Positions 1-9,011 of a stretch of 64,000 nucleotides of DNA are shown here, piece after piece. The position numbers were made by a program, and so were the translations under genes. Origin of the DNA: an uncultured Candidatus Saccharimonadales bacterium (lineage in GTDB: Bacteria; Patescibacteriota; Saccharimonadia; UBA4664); the NCBI GenBank assembly GCA_964467655.1, contig CAYXSN010000002.1:27327-91326 (forward strand), read 5' to 3'. The notes beneath the pieces are model-generated. The model was not told the origin of the DNA. It did not search any database and saw only the letters and a program-made list of their open reading frames with translations. Position 1 is the first letter of the stretch, and each line of letters begins with the position of its first letter.

Positions 1-1
1 T

Positions 2-601
2 GTTGAGCGCACCTCGGTTTTGTTGCACCTTGTGGACGGTCTGGCCGCAGATGTAGTGGCCGACTGGGGGACGATAGCGGCGGAGCTCATATCTTATGGC
101 CGCGGCCTAGCCGACAAACCGCGCTTGACGATCCTCACCAAAAGCGATGGCTTGACGCCCTCAGATCTTGAGGCTAAACTCCAGGCCTTAACCACAGCGA
201 CGGGCGGGCAGGTATACACCATGAGCGCCCAGGCTCATCGCGGTCTCGATGAAATTCTAGACGCCGTCTGGCCGCTGGTAGAAACCGATAGAGCAGCCCG
301 TGAAGCCCACATTGCTGAAGCCGCCGCTACTATCACGCTGTCAGACCTCCCCGGTGCGGCTGAACGCTGGTCGGTGGTGAGTGAAGGTGAGCGGGCCTGG
401 CGTCTGCACGGTGAAAAGCTTGAGGGTTTCGCGCGCCGCACCAACTTTGAGTCAGAAGACGCAGTCCGCCGACTGCAAGACATTTTGCACAAAACGGGTG
501 TCAGCCGCCAGCTCAAAAAACTCGGTGCCCAGGACGGCGATAGGGTGTTCGTGGGCGACCATGCCGTAGAATGGTCCGACAGGTTGCCCGGTACTCGCTA
601 G
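2..601 (+). CDS. obg: GTPase Obg/CgtA, C-terminal portion (gene starts upstream of window)
   Basis: G4-like LTILTKSD motif, then a C-terminal OCT/TGS-like tail (TNFESEDAVRRLQDIL...GDRVFVGDHAVEW). The reading frame is open to the window edge. Confidence 0.7.
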   Translation, partial: VERTSVLLHLVDGLAADVVADWGTIAAELISYGRGLADKPRLTILTKSDGLTPSDLEAKLQALTTATGGQVYTMSAQAHRGLDEILDAVWPLVETDRAAREAHIAEAAATITLSDLPGAAERWSVVSEGERAWRLHGEKLEGFARRTNFESEDAVRRLQDILHKTGVSRQLKKLGAQDGDRVFVGDHAVEWSDRLPGTR

Positions 602-610
602 TCGGCTACA

Positions 611-1159
611 ATGAAGCCCATGGTTTCAACAAAGTCAGTTGTGTTGGTCACAATCAGCGCTGTACTCGCGGCCTGTCTCACTGGTGGCGTGGTCTACGCC
701 GTGATGCATCAAAAAGCCACCACCGACCAAGAAGAGCAATCTACCACTATTGCCAGTCTACGCCGTCAATTAGCGGAAGCTCGAAGCACTCCGACGCCGG
801 CGGCCACCCTGACACCGGCACCAACAGCCACGCCTGCTAGTGATGCTGCTACTATCGCCACCCAAACCAAGGCGTTCACTGCCAAGCTGGGAACCAACAC
901 CGAAAGCACCGTTACGACCCTGTTTACCCCTGCCTTCCAGAAGACGTACCAAGACCAGCACAGCGGTTCGCTCGCCAAGTTGCTGGGCATTCAGGACACT
1001 CCCGATCAGGGGTACATCTATGGCACACCCGCTATCAAGGGATCGGCGGCTGATATAACAGTCGGCTTCAAGTACAGTGGCTCGGGCACCACAAATTACA
1101 AATTCAGCTTTCAAAAGACCGGCACCACCTGGCTGATCAGCGGTATCGCCAAACAATAA
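611..1159 (+). CDS. hypothetical membrane-anchored protein with Thr/Pro/Ala-rich linker
   Basis: N-terminal TM helix (VVLVTISAVLAACLTGGVVYAV), low-complexity TPTPAATLTPAPTATPA linker, globular C-terminus. Confidence 0.45.
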   Translation: MKPMVSTKSVVLVTISAVLAACLTGGVVYAVMHQKATTDQEEQSTTIASLRRQLAEARSTPTPAATLTPAPTATPASDAATIATQTKAFTAKLGTNTESTVTTLFTPAFQKTYQDQHSGSLAKLLGIQDTPDQGYIYGTPAIKGSAADITVGFKYSGSGTTNYKFSFQKTGTTWLISGIAKQ

Positions 1160-1175
1160 CCAAAAACAGTCCATC

Positions 1176-2984
1176 ATGAGAAGACCCAAAACACCTCGCC
1201 AAACCCTGGCGCTTTACTGGCGCGCGACCCTCGGATACCGGGGGTGGCTTGTCATGCACATCGCCACCGTCACGTCGGCGGTACTGGCCCAAAGCATCCT
1301 GTCGCCTTACCTAGTATCCCAAGGGATCAACATCTTGTCGGCCGCCGTGAGTCGTCCCCAGGTGTCGTTTTGGGCGACCTTTGGCACGATCATTAGCTGG
1401 TATCTGGCGGCCCAATTGATGTCCTGGACAGCTTGGCGGTTATCTGGTTGGGCGGTTGTGAAGTTCGAAATCGGTGTGATGGCTAAGCTCGATCAATTGA
1501 GCTTTGAACACCTAGCTGGCCTCAGCTACCGGTTTTACACAAGTGCTTTTACTGGCTCGCTCGTCAACCAGTCCAATCGTTTGGCCCGGTCGTTTGAACG
1601 ACTCTACGACGTGTTGGCGTTCGACATCCTGACTCTGTTCCTCAAAGTCGGTTTTACCTCAACCATCCTGTTTACCATCCAGCCGGTGATCGCTCTAGCC
1701 TTGTTGGCGTTCTTTGCCCTCTACGCCGCCGCAGCCGTTGGTTTGGCGCTGTGGAAAATGCCTGCCAGTGCCGCCGCCGCAGCCGCCTCCAGTCGTCAAA
1801 CCGGACAGCTGGCCGACAAGCTGACCAACATCTCGGCTATCAAGTACTTTGCCCGTGAACCCGACGAAATCACCAGCTATCGCCAAACGGTTGCAACGAC
1901 CAAACAGGCCTTCACACGCGACTGGGTGACGCAAGAAATTATTAACGCCGTTCAGGCGGTTTTGCTAATTGCCTTTAGCGCCGGCTTCTTCATTGGATCG
2001 CTATATCTGGTATCTCAGGGCCGGATCAACTTCGGTCAATTCATTTTGGTGCAATCCTATGTGATGGTCATCTTTGATGCCCTCTGGGGGATTGGCCGGA
2101 TTGCCCGCAATATCGAACGGTCGCTCGCTGATGCCGCCGAAATGACTACCATTATGTCAACGCCAGCCGAAGTGCAAGACCGGCCGGATGCCGCGGCTGT
2201 CACCATCAGCACCGGTCGAGTCGATTTCGAAAGGGTCACCTTCGGTTATGATGGCCAAAAACGGCATCGGGTGTTTCAGGGGCTCGATCTGCACATCGAG
2301 CCGGGCGAAAAAATCGGTCTCGTTGGTACTTCCGGTGGTGGTAAGACGACTATCACCAAACTGTTACTCAGATTGCTCGACATTCAGGACGGCAGCATCT
2401 TGATTGATGGATATGATATCGCCAAATTGCGCCAAGCTGATGTCCGTCGGGCTATCAGCTATGTGCCGCAAGAGCCCCTACTGTTTCACCGCAGCCTGCA
2501 AGAGAACATTGCCTACGGCCGGCCCGAAGCTACCGTCCGCCAGATCAAACAAGCCGCCGCTCGGGCGCACGCCGCCGAGTTCATCGAACAGTTGCCGGAC
2601 GGCTACCAGACGCTGGTGGGCGAACGGGGCATCAAGTTGTCTGGCGGCCAGCGCCAACGCATCGCCATAGCCCGGGCTATGCTCAAAGATGCCCCGATCC
2701 TTATGCTCGATGAGGCCACCAGTGCCCTTGATTCCGAATCAGAAAAGCTCATTCAAGCCGCACTGGCCGACCTCATGCAGGGCCGCACCGCCATCGTCAT
2801 CGCCCACCGCCTCAGTACTATCCAACGACTCGATCGCATCGTCGTTCTGGAAGCCGGCCAAATCGTCGAGCAAGGCAACCACGCCGAGCTTCTCAGACTT
2901 GGTGGTGTCTATGCGGGTCTGTGGGCTCATCAATCTGGCGGCTTTATCGCTGAGGCCAAGACGGAAACCGCCCGCTCAAAGTAG
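1176..2984 (+). CDS. ABC transporter, fused permease/ATPase exporter (MsbA-like)
   Basis: Six-TM N-terminal half; Walker A GTSGGGKTT, ABC signature LSGGQRQRIAIARA, Walker B ILMLDEATSALD, H-loop AHRLST. Confidence 0.9.
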   Translation: MRRPKTPRQTLALYWRATLGYRGWLVMHIATVTSAVLAQSILSPYLVSQGINILSAAVSRPQVSFWATFGTIISWYLAAQLMSWTAWRLSGWAVVKFEIGVMAKLDQLSFEHLAGLSYRFYTSAFTGSLVNQSNRLARSFERLYDVLAFDILTLFLKVGFTSTILFTIQPVIALALLAFFALYAAAAVGLALWKMPASAAAAAASSRQTGQLADKLTNISAIKYFAREPDEITSYRQTVATTKQAFTRDWVTQEIINAVQAVLLIAFSAGFFIGSLYLVSQGRINFGQFILVQSYVMVIFDALWGIGRIARNIERSLADAAEMTTIMSTPAEVQDRPDAAAVTISTGRVDFERVTFGYDGQKRHRVFQGLDLHIEPGEKIGLVGTSGGGKTTITKLLLRLLDIQDGSILIDGYDIAKLRQADVRRAISYVPQEPLLFHRSLQENIAYGRPEATVRQIKQAAARAHAAEFIEQLPDGYQTLVGERGIKLSGGQRQRIAIARAMLKDAPILMLDEATSALDSESEKLIQAALADLMQGRTAIVIAHRLSTIQRLDRIVVLEAGQIVEQGNHAELLRLGGVYAGLWAHQSGGFIAEAKTETARSK

Positions 2985-3026
2985 CCGAAAATCTGGCTAC
3001 CTCGAACGGGCGGTTAGTATCGGGAA

Positions 3027-3494
3027 TCAGGACGATTCAAGCGAAGGCCGGTGTAGGGCGTAACCCACAGCGCCCACGAGCGCCGCAAACTCTGCTACCA
3101 AGGGCAGCCAGATCGGCCAGCTGAAGGGCACGTTCCGTGCCAGATACATAGTCAGCCACATAGTTGGCACTATACCCAAGGCTGCCCAGCTCAACAGAAC
3201 GTTTTTCAGATCATACTGCGCACAGCGGCAGAGCACCTGTGTGCGACAATTTTGTGCCTCGTGCCGCTCCCAGAAGATGGGCTGGCCCTCGCTGGTCGTG
3301 TCAGTTACCCAAGCCACGTACAGTGCCAGCATGACGCCTGAGCTTGCAGCGACACCGAGCAATGTATCGGCCTGTGGCACGGCGTGGCGGAGGCAAGACC
3401 AGTTGAGTAAGGGGGTAACCACGAGGCCACCCAAGAATCCCGCCAGCCTCATGCGGTGAGTTCGAACCATGGTCCTGTGATAGGTACGGCGCAT
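3027..3494 (-). CDS. hypothetical polytopic membrane protein
   Basis: 155 aa with about four predicted hydrophobic helices; no recognisable motif. Confidence 0.4.
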   Translation of the reverse strand: MRRTYHRTMVRTHRMRLAGFLGGLVVTPLLNWSCLRHAVPQADTLLGVAASSGVMLALYVAWVTDTTSEGQPIFWERHEAQNCRTQVLCRCAQYDLKNVLLSWAALGIVPTMWLTMYLARNVPFSWPIWLPLVAEFAALVGAVGYALHRPSLESS

Positions 3495-3620
3495 CGTTCT
3501 CTCTATTCGCTCGAAGGAAGTTGCCGATCGCTAACCACTATAAAAACACAAAGCACGCAAAAAGTCCAATACAACTTGACGCTTCAGTCGAAGCTTGCCA
3601 CAATGAACCAGTCCATGCTT

Positions 3621-3696
3621 GGGGCTGTAGCTCATCCGGTAGAGCGCTGCATTCGCATTGCAGAGGTAAGGGGTTCGAGTCCCCTCAGCTCCACCA
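3621..3696 (+). tRNA. tRNA-Ala (anticodon CGC), CCA encoded
   Basis: Cloverleaf GGGGCTGTAGCTCATCCGGTAGAGCGCTGCATTCGCATTGCAGAGGTAAGGGGTTCGAGTCCCCTCAGCTCCACCA. Anticodon loop TTCGCAT. G3:U70 alanine identity pair. GGTTCGA T-loop. Confidence 0.9.
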
Positions 3697-3776
3697 TAAA
3701 GTACACAAACGCTTTTTTAGCTCAATTTTAACCTTGTCTGATCTGTCAGTAGGGTCATTTTTGATGGTTTGGTTAT

Positions 3777-4286
3777 TCATTTTTGGCCTCCAGTTAATTT
3801 CTTCGTTTCTACGACATTCTTGGCGATAATTCCCGTAAAATCTGTGTACCCAACAGATAGGGAGCTGCCGTCCAAGACCATATTCTGAAAAAGTTTGGTT
3901 ATTATCAGACGCTTTTGCTGCGGCGTGCGTTTGGCATAAATTTCGGCAGCCCGTTGTGACAACTCAAGCAGCACCAAAGTCTGGTCGAGCCGATTGCCAG
4001 CCGATTTATCAATGGTCTGTAATTGCTCGTGCAACTTGGCTTTCTGCTCACGGAACTCGCCATGCTTGGCCACGTACTTTTCCTGGGATATTTCACCTGC
4101 CAGCTTGTCGGGGTTGCCAGCACTTGTCATGTACTGAATACCGCCCATCACCAAAAAGAACACCGCCGCCAGCGATGCCAGCCCGCAGAGCGTAGCAATC
4201 GCGGGCGTGATGAAGCCCTGCATCACTGAGGCAGCCGAAGATGCGTTAGCTAGGAATATGAACGGCATATCTGGAGTGAATGCCAT
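3777..4286 (-). CDS. VirB2/TrbC-like pilin family protein with C-terminal extension
   Basis: N-terminal hydrophobic helix (LCGLASLAAVFFLVMGGIQYMTSAGNP) resembles the neighbouring paralogue and T4SS pilin TrbC/VirB2. About 100 aa of unassigned C-terminal sequence follow. Confidence 0.4.
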   Translation of the reverse strand: MAFTPDMPFIFLANASSAASVMQGFITPAIATLCGLASLAAVFFLVMGGIQYMTSAGNPDKLAGEISQEKYVAKHGEFREQKAKLHEQLQTIDKSAGNRLDQTLVLLELSQRAAEIYAKRTPQQKRLIITKLFQNMVLDGSSLSVGYTDFTGIIAKNVVETKKLTGGQK

Positions 4287-4289
4287 TCG

Positions 4290-4628
4290 TTACTTCCCAA
4301 ATGCGCTCGTTGCTAAGTCGGTCACAATGTTACTGATGACAAAAGCCGCAATGACAATTGCCAGCCCAACACCCGACCAAATGACGGTCTGCCTGGACTT
4401 CTCCAGCCGTTCCGGATTGCCCGAGCTCGTGATGTAGCCCAAGCCACCAACCACAAAGAAACCGGTAGCTACCAGTCCGGCGAGGCCGGCCACCACCTTG
4501 ATAATACTGCGGATAAATGTTTCAACTTGGGTTATATTTCCGTCCGACGCAAATACCGGATGAGCGAGAACGAGGGGAAGACCCAAACTTAGTACTGCCA
4601 TGAATTTTATTGCTTTGGATCTTTGCAC
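4290..4628 (-). CDS. VirB2/TrbC-like pilin (conjugative/T4SS-type pilin subunit)
   Basis: Signal peptide (MAVLSLGLPLVLAHPVFA), two hydrophobic helices separated by SSGNPERLEKSR, about 110 aa. Topology is typical of TrbC/VirB2-family pilins common in CPR genomes. Confidence 0.5.
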   Translation of the reverse strand: MQRSKAIKFMAVLSLGLPLVLAHPVFASDGNITQVETFIRSIIKVVAGLAGLVATGFFVVGGLGYITSSGNPERLEKSRQTVIWSGVGLAIVIAAFVISNIVTDLATSAFGK

Positions 4629-4742
4629 TTGATCGCTCCTACGCCTTTACAAACACTTTTCTTGCCTTAGATATAACAGATGCTTTACATTAAGCAAACA
4701 AGATGTTAGAGCATAAGCAACATTGCTCATGCTAAAATTGGA

Positions 4743-5189
4743 TTGATGTACAAGAGAATGACTGAGAAATTCAAAGCCCTGGAGCCGAATAAACGGCGGA
4801 TCATTATTGGTTCTAGCCTCGCCATTTTGGCGCTCGTCGCGGTCGTAGGATATCGCATGATGGTGCCTGAGCGATCGGTCAGTGCCTACTGCAAAACTTT
4901 TGCCAGTGAGAAAACCAGGCTCGCCAAATACCCAGGCAACACCTACCCATCCGGGGTGTTCAACGACTCGCTAAGCGATGCTGGTCAGTTTGCGACATCA
5001 TTTGGCCGGCTAGAGCGCGTTGCGCCCAGCGACATTAAGCCTGACGTAACAACACTCAAATCCCTCTATCAGAAAATGCACGATGATCCATCATCAAGTT
5101 TTGCGGCAAGCTTGAGTGGCATTGGCGCAGAGAACAGCGTGAAGCAATGGACGGACAGCCATTGCAGCTCCGTAGAAAACGCAAAATAA
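4743..5189 (+). CDS. hypothetical membrane-anchored protein
   Basis: Single N-terminal TM (IIIGSSLAILALVAVVGY) followed by a soluble domain. Confidence 0.4.
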   Translation: MMYKRMTEKFKALEPNKRRIIIGSSLAILALVAVVGYRMMVPERSVSAYCKTFASEKTRLAKYPGNTYPSGVFNDSLSDAGQFATSFGRLERVAPSDIKPDVTTLKSLYQKMHDDPSSSFAASLSGIGAENSVKQWTDSHCSSVENAK

Positions 5190-5214
5190 GTTATCAGAAC
5201 TGGAGACGCGTGAA

Positions 5215-5529
5215 GTGACGATTCAAGAAGCCCAACAACAAGCCCTAGCCATCGCCGAAAAATATCGACACCAAAACGCCGCCCAGGGCAAAGAAACATG
5301 GGACGCATCGGCATATATGGCAGGCTTCGTCGGTGACGTCGGCGATCTATCTAAACTGATCATGGCAAGAGCCGGCTATCGCGACATTGAAAATCACGAC
5401 GCCAAAATTGCCCATGAACTGAGCGATTGCCTCTGGTCGGTACTGGTGCTGGCTCATGAACTTGGGGTTGACCTTGAATCTGAGTTTGCGAACACCATGC
5501 GCGAGCTCGACAAACACCTGGCAGAATAA
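5215..5529 (+). CDS. MazG-like nucleoside triphosphate pyrophosphohydrolase domain protein (GTG start)
   Basis: All-alpha, about 100 aa. Motif pattern EL.D.LW.VLVLAHELGVDLE matches the MazG/NTP-PPase family. GGAGA RBS upstream of GTG. Confidence 0.55.
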   Translation: MTIQEAQQQALAIAEKYRHQNAAQGKETWDASAYMAGFVGDVGDLSKLIMARAGYRDIENHDAKIAHELSDCLWSVLVLAHELGVDLESEFANTMRELDKHLAE

Positions 5530-5555
5530 CCAAAGTCCGGTACAATCACTAGAGC

Positions 5556-6158
5556 ATGCAAACCGAAATCGAAGCCAAATTTATCAATATCAAGCCATCG
5601 GCCATCCGCGCTCGACTAGAGGCGCTTGGCGCTACCCTCGTGCAACCTGAGCGGTTGATGCGCCGCCGTACCTTTGACTTCGCGGACACCCGCCTCAACC
5701 AAACCGGCAGTTGGGCCCGGGTTCGTGATGAAGGCGACAAGATCACCATGAGCTTCAAGCAAAACAAGGACGACACATTACATGGTACCGTTGAAATTAA
5801 CCTAACCGTGGACGACTTTGATACCGCCGCTGACTTCCTGAAGGCGCTCGGTCTAGTACAAAAATCATACCAAGAAACCAAGCGCGAAGCCTGGCTCTTG
5901 GACGGCACCGAAATCACTATCGATACCTGGCCGTGGATTGCTCCCTTCGTCGAAGTTGAAGGCCATTCAGAACAGGCCGTCCGGGAAACCGCAAGCAAAC
6001 TCGGCTTTGACTGGGCCAAAGCTATGCATGGAAGTGTAACCCCCGTCTACCAGCTTGACTACAATGTGACGGCGGCCGAAGTGAACGGTTGGGAAACCAT
6101 AACCTTTGAGCCCGTTCCGGCCTGGCTCGAACAGCGCCGGAAGCCACGCCATGACTAG
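5556..6158 (+). CDS. CYTH-domain protein (triphosphate tunnel metalloenzyme / class IV adenylyl cyclase-like)
   Basis: N-terminal ExExK signature (EIEAKF); about 200 aa with alternating beta-strand pattern and C-terminal acidic residues. Confidence 0.6.
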   Translation: MQTEIEAKFINIKPSAIRARLEALGATLVQPERLMRRRTFDFADTRLNQTGSWARVRDEGDKITMSFKQNKDDTLHGTVEINLTVDDFDTAADFLKALGLVQKSYQETKREAWLLDGTEITIDTWPWIAPFVEVEGHSEQAVRETASKLGFDWAKAMHGSVTPVYQLDYNVTAAEVNGWETITFEPVPAWLEQRRKPRHD

Positions 6159-6606
6159 GCGGATATCGGTTCGTGGCATTGTCCTGCACAAGGGCAAATT
6201 ACTTTGTGTGCGCCTCGGGCCCAGTCCGTCAGAAGGTCGAGTAGGCCCGTCAGATTATTGGTGTCTGCCCGGCGGTGGTCTTGAAGAAGGTGAATCCCTG
6301 CACACTGGACTTGAGCGTGAGATGATTGAGGAAACAGGCGTAAAACCGGCCATTGGCCAGCTCATGTACGTTCAGCAGTTCTCGATTGGCGACAAAGAAT
6401 ATCTGGATTTCTTCTTCCACGTCGCGAACCACCAAGATTATGTGAATATAGATTTGTCCAATACAACGCATGGCGAGATCGAGCTGGCCGAAATCTCATT
6501 TATCGACCCTGCCAGTAGTCATGTTATGCCAGAGTTCCTCACTCAGGAAGATTTACGGCAATTCGTCGAGAGTATCCAACCAACACGTGTGATCTCAAGA
6601 CTTTAA
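6151..6606 (+). CDS. NUDIX hydrolase
   Basis: Perfect Nudix box GGLEEGESLHTGLEREMIEETGV. Start overlaps the upstream stop by 8 nt. Confidence 0.8.
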   Translation: MTRRISVRGIVLHKGKLLCVRLGPSPSEGRVGPSDYWCLPGGGLEEGESLHTGLEREMIEETGVKPAIGQLMYVQQFSIGDKEYLDFFFHVANHQDYVNIDLSNTTHGEIELAEISFIDPASSHVMPEFLTQEDLRQFVESIQPTRVISRL

Positions 6607-6649
6607 TTGTGGCCCGCTCATTGGTGCCAAGGCTTAGATAGGATTTACC

Positions 6650-7168
6650 ATGACAAATCACGAGAACCTTATGTCTGCACCTATTGAAACGGAAATGAAT
6701 TTAATCATCACTGATAAATCTGGCCTACTTGAGTTCTTAAAAACGCAAGCTGACGTTAAGAAATCGCAAATACAATTTGATTATTATGGTAAGCCGGGAG
6801 ATAAATCGTTTTACGTCCGCATCGAGCAACGAACCGATGCTGCCGGCAACGTCACGAGGTTCGTAACTGCCAAGGGTTCCTTCGCCAACAATGACGGTAT
6901 CAACCAAAGAAAAGAGGCAACTCTAGCCATTCCTGATAATGCAGTATCGGATTATAAAGACTTTCTTGAAGTTGTTCAGCTCCAGTCTCGTGATACCAAG
7001 ACTAAAACCCGGCACGCTTTTAAGATCGACGGCCTCGATGTGACTGTCGACGAATGGGATACCCCCGAGCTAGGTGATCGTCTTGAGATTGAAGGCACCG
7101 ATATGGCGAAGATCAAGGATTTTGCCTCACGCGTATCGGCCTATTGCCAGTCCGAGCCCTCAGAATAA
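6650..7168 (+). CDS. CYTH-like domain protein (divergent)
   Basis: N-terminal IETEMNL (ExE) and C-terminal LEIEGTD motifs resemble a CYTH fold. Low certainty. Confidence 0.35.
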   Translation: MTNHENLMSAPIETEMNLIITDKSGLLEFLKTQADVKKSQIQFDYYGKPGDKSFYVRIEQRTDAAGNVTRFVTAKGSFANNDGINQRKEATLAIPDNAVSDYKDFLEVVQLQSRDTKTKTRHAFKIDGLDVTVDEWDTPELGDRLEIEGTDMAKIKDFASRVSAYCQSEPSE

Positions 7169-7185
7169 ACAAGCGGGTATGTCCT

Positions 7186-7228
7186 AAAAAAGCTCAGCCC
7201 AGATGACCATAGCCTCTTTGAGCTTTTT
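7186..7228 (+). terminator. putative rho-independent terminator after the CYTH-like gene
   Basis: aaaaagctca ... tgagcttttt inverted repeat with a T-run. The loop is large, so this is moderate. Confidence 0.35.
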
Positions 7229-7538
7229 CTAGTATTCGTCATATGTAGGAAGTTTCTGGGCAAGCTCAATATAGCAAGACTTGACGGTCGTCGCGGTCAG
7301 TTCAATCTTATCAACCCAGCTGGGAGTACAACTCAGCCGACGAGCTTGCACACAGCAAGATCAGCAAGAGCAAGTTCGCCCTGCGGGTAGACTTCGACCC
7401 CGAGCTACACCCACTTGGTATTGGCGATGGGGGAATCAACGCGTCCACTCTGGTGCCAAACGGGGCTGCGGCCCTGAGTTTGGCTGCCAATGCGGCAAGA
7501 CGGTTGATGGCGGTTGCGGCTACACCTTGAATAGGGTT

Positions 7539-7721
7539 TCAAACGCCGTAGGCGTTACTCATCACATTGGCAAGAGCGGCCGTTCCCGCTAGGATTAGTC
7601 CGCCAGCTACAAATAGCCAGAAGACCCAGTTACCGTGGTCCTTGGAACTAGAGAATTTCCACGCTGACACCGCTACAGCGACTGCGGCAGAAATTAGTAG
7701 GACGATGTAGGCGCTAACCAT
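7539..7721 (-). CDS. small two-TM membrane protein
   Basis: 60 aa, two hydrophobic helices. Confidence 0.3.
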   Translation of the reverse strand: MVSAYIVLLISAAVAVAVSAWKFSSSKDHGNWVFWLFVAGGLILAGTAALANVMSNAYGV

Positions 7722-7784
7722 GAGCTTGCTCTTGTTATTGAAATGCTATTCTGCTCCACATGTTAGAGGCCTAGTTACTCTATG

Positions 7785-8225
7785 TCAATTAGCCAACGAC
7801 CTCTTTAGGATAAGCTGTTGCAGTTCTAGCTGACCGAGGATGTTGGGGTGGAAACTCTGCTGCGGCGGGAGGCTAACGGCGTTGAAGAATGGCCGCTTAG
7901 TACATAGTTCGTGGCCTTTGAAGGCGTCGTACATGGGGACATAGGTAAACCCTGCCGCCTCCGCTTTGCTCTTGATCTGCAAATCCATGTTGAGTGTCCG
8001 GCTGCAAAGACGCCCCAGGAGCTCCACCATAAGAAACGCGACAATGTACGCCTCCGAGCCAAACCCGTAGTTGACGAAGCCTGGTATGATAGACCTATGA
8101 CTATTACTGTTCTCCAATGGAATACCTGGTACCAAGAAAACGTCCATCACATCGCCGGCTTTTTGGCTGAGCATCCGGCTGACATCCTGACGCTCCAAGA
8201 GCTCACCATCGGTGACCGGCTTCAA
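7785..8225 (-). pseudogene. possible truncated SGNH/GDSL-hydrolase C-terminal fragment
   Basis: C-terminal ...FTYVPMYDAFKGHELCT...SFHPN... resembles block V (DxxHP) of SGNH hydrolases. The 5-prime part overlaps the EEP gene on the other strand, so the full ORF is unlikely. Confidence 0.25.
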
Positions 8226-8840
8226 GACGTGCCCAACTCGCCGGATTTCTTGGCAGCATCATTGGGATACCATGCCCATTATAAAGATATGCCCTACGAG
8301 ACTGCCGACGGCACGACTGTTACGCTGGCGAGTACCATCTTGAGCAAGCACCCAATCGCCACAACCAGGGCCGAATGGTTCAGCCAGCCGGCGCCCAGCG
8401 ATGCCATTGCCGACCACTATCGGGCCTACGTTGAAGCCACCATCGATTTGCCCGATGGCAGCCAGATCACTGTTGGAACGGCCGCCGCTAGTTATACTGA
8501 CAGCTTTACTAACTCTGTCGCCAAGGACGCCGAGACCGAAAGGCTCATCAATACCATGGGCGCTCACCAGCAACGGTATATTTTTGGCGGCGATCTGGGT
8601 GCCACCCCACCTAGCCACACGTACGAAGATTTCTGTCAGATGCTCGAACCACGCGGACCCAACCTCGTACAGCCCACCTGGACGACCAAGCCGTTTGGCC
8701 GTAACCAATACGATATTCACGAGCTAGCCTGGCGGCTTGATTACATATTTAGCACCCCTGACGTCAAACAAATTGACGCTGCCGTTCTGGAAACACCGTA
8801 TTCGAGCCATTTGCCGATCGCGGCAACGTTTGAAGTGTAA
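8097..8840 (+). CDS. endonuclease/exonuclease/phosphatase (EEP) family protein
   Basis: TVLQWNTWY...ILTLQE start typical of EEP; conserved C-terminal DYIF and SDHLPI-like motifs. Confidence 0.7.
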   Translation: MTITVLQWNTWYQENVHHIAGFLAEHPADILTLQELTIGDRLQDVPNSPDFLAASLGYHAHYKDMPYETADGTTVTLASTILSKHPIATTRAEWFSQPAPSDAIADHYRAYVEATIDLPDGSQITVGTAAASYTDSFTNSVAKDAETERLINTMGAHQQRYIFGGDLGATPPSHTYEDFCQMLEPRGPNLVQPTWTTKPFGRNQYDIHELAWRLDYIFSTPDVKQIDAAVLETPYSSHLPIAATFEV

Positions 8841-9011
8841 AAAAATAAGGTCATAATAATTTACTAAATAGTAAAAAATATGCTAATATACTGTATATTT
8901 GTGAGTGACTGGTCGGTCATGGTCTGAACTTACGCGATCGTTGAAAACCAAATATTGTACAAACAATTTGTTCAATACCAGATAGCAGAACCTAGCGGAA
9001 GGAGATGCATC

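Noticed and set aside
2983-3002. Terminator after the ABC transporter gene (GTAGCC gaaaatct GGCTAC)
   Set aside because: Perfect 6-bp stem but no downstream T-tract. Not convincing as an intrinsic terminator.
8259-8720. 153-aa ORF on minus strand
   Set aside because: It lies entirely antisense within the well-supported EEP-family gene 8097..8840 and has no start/RBS signal or motif. Treated as a shadow ORF.
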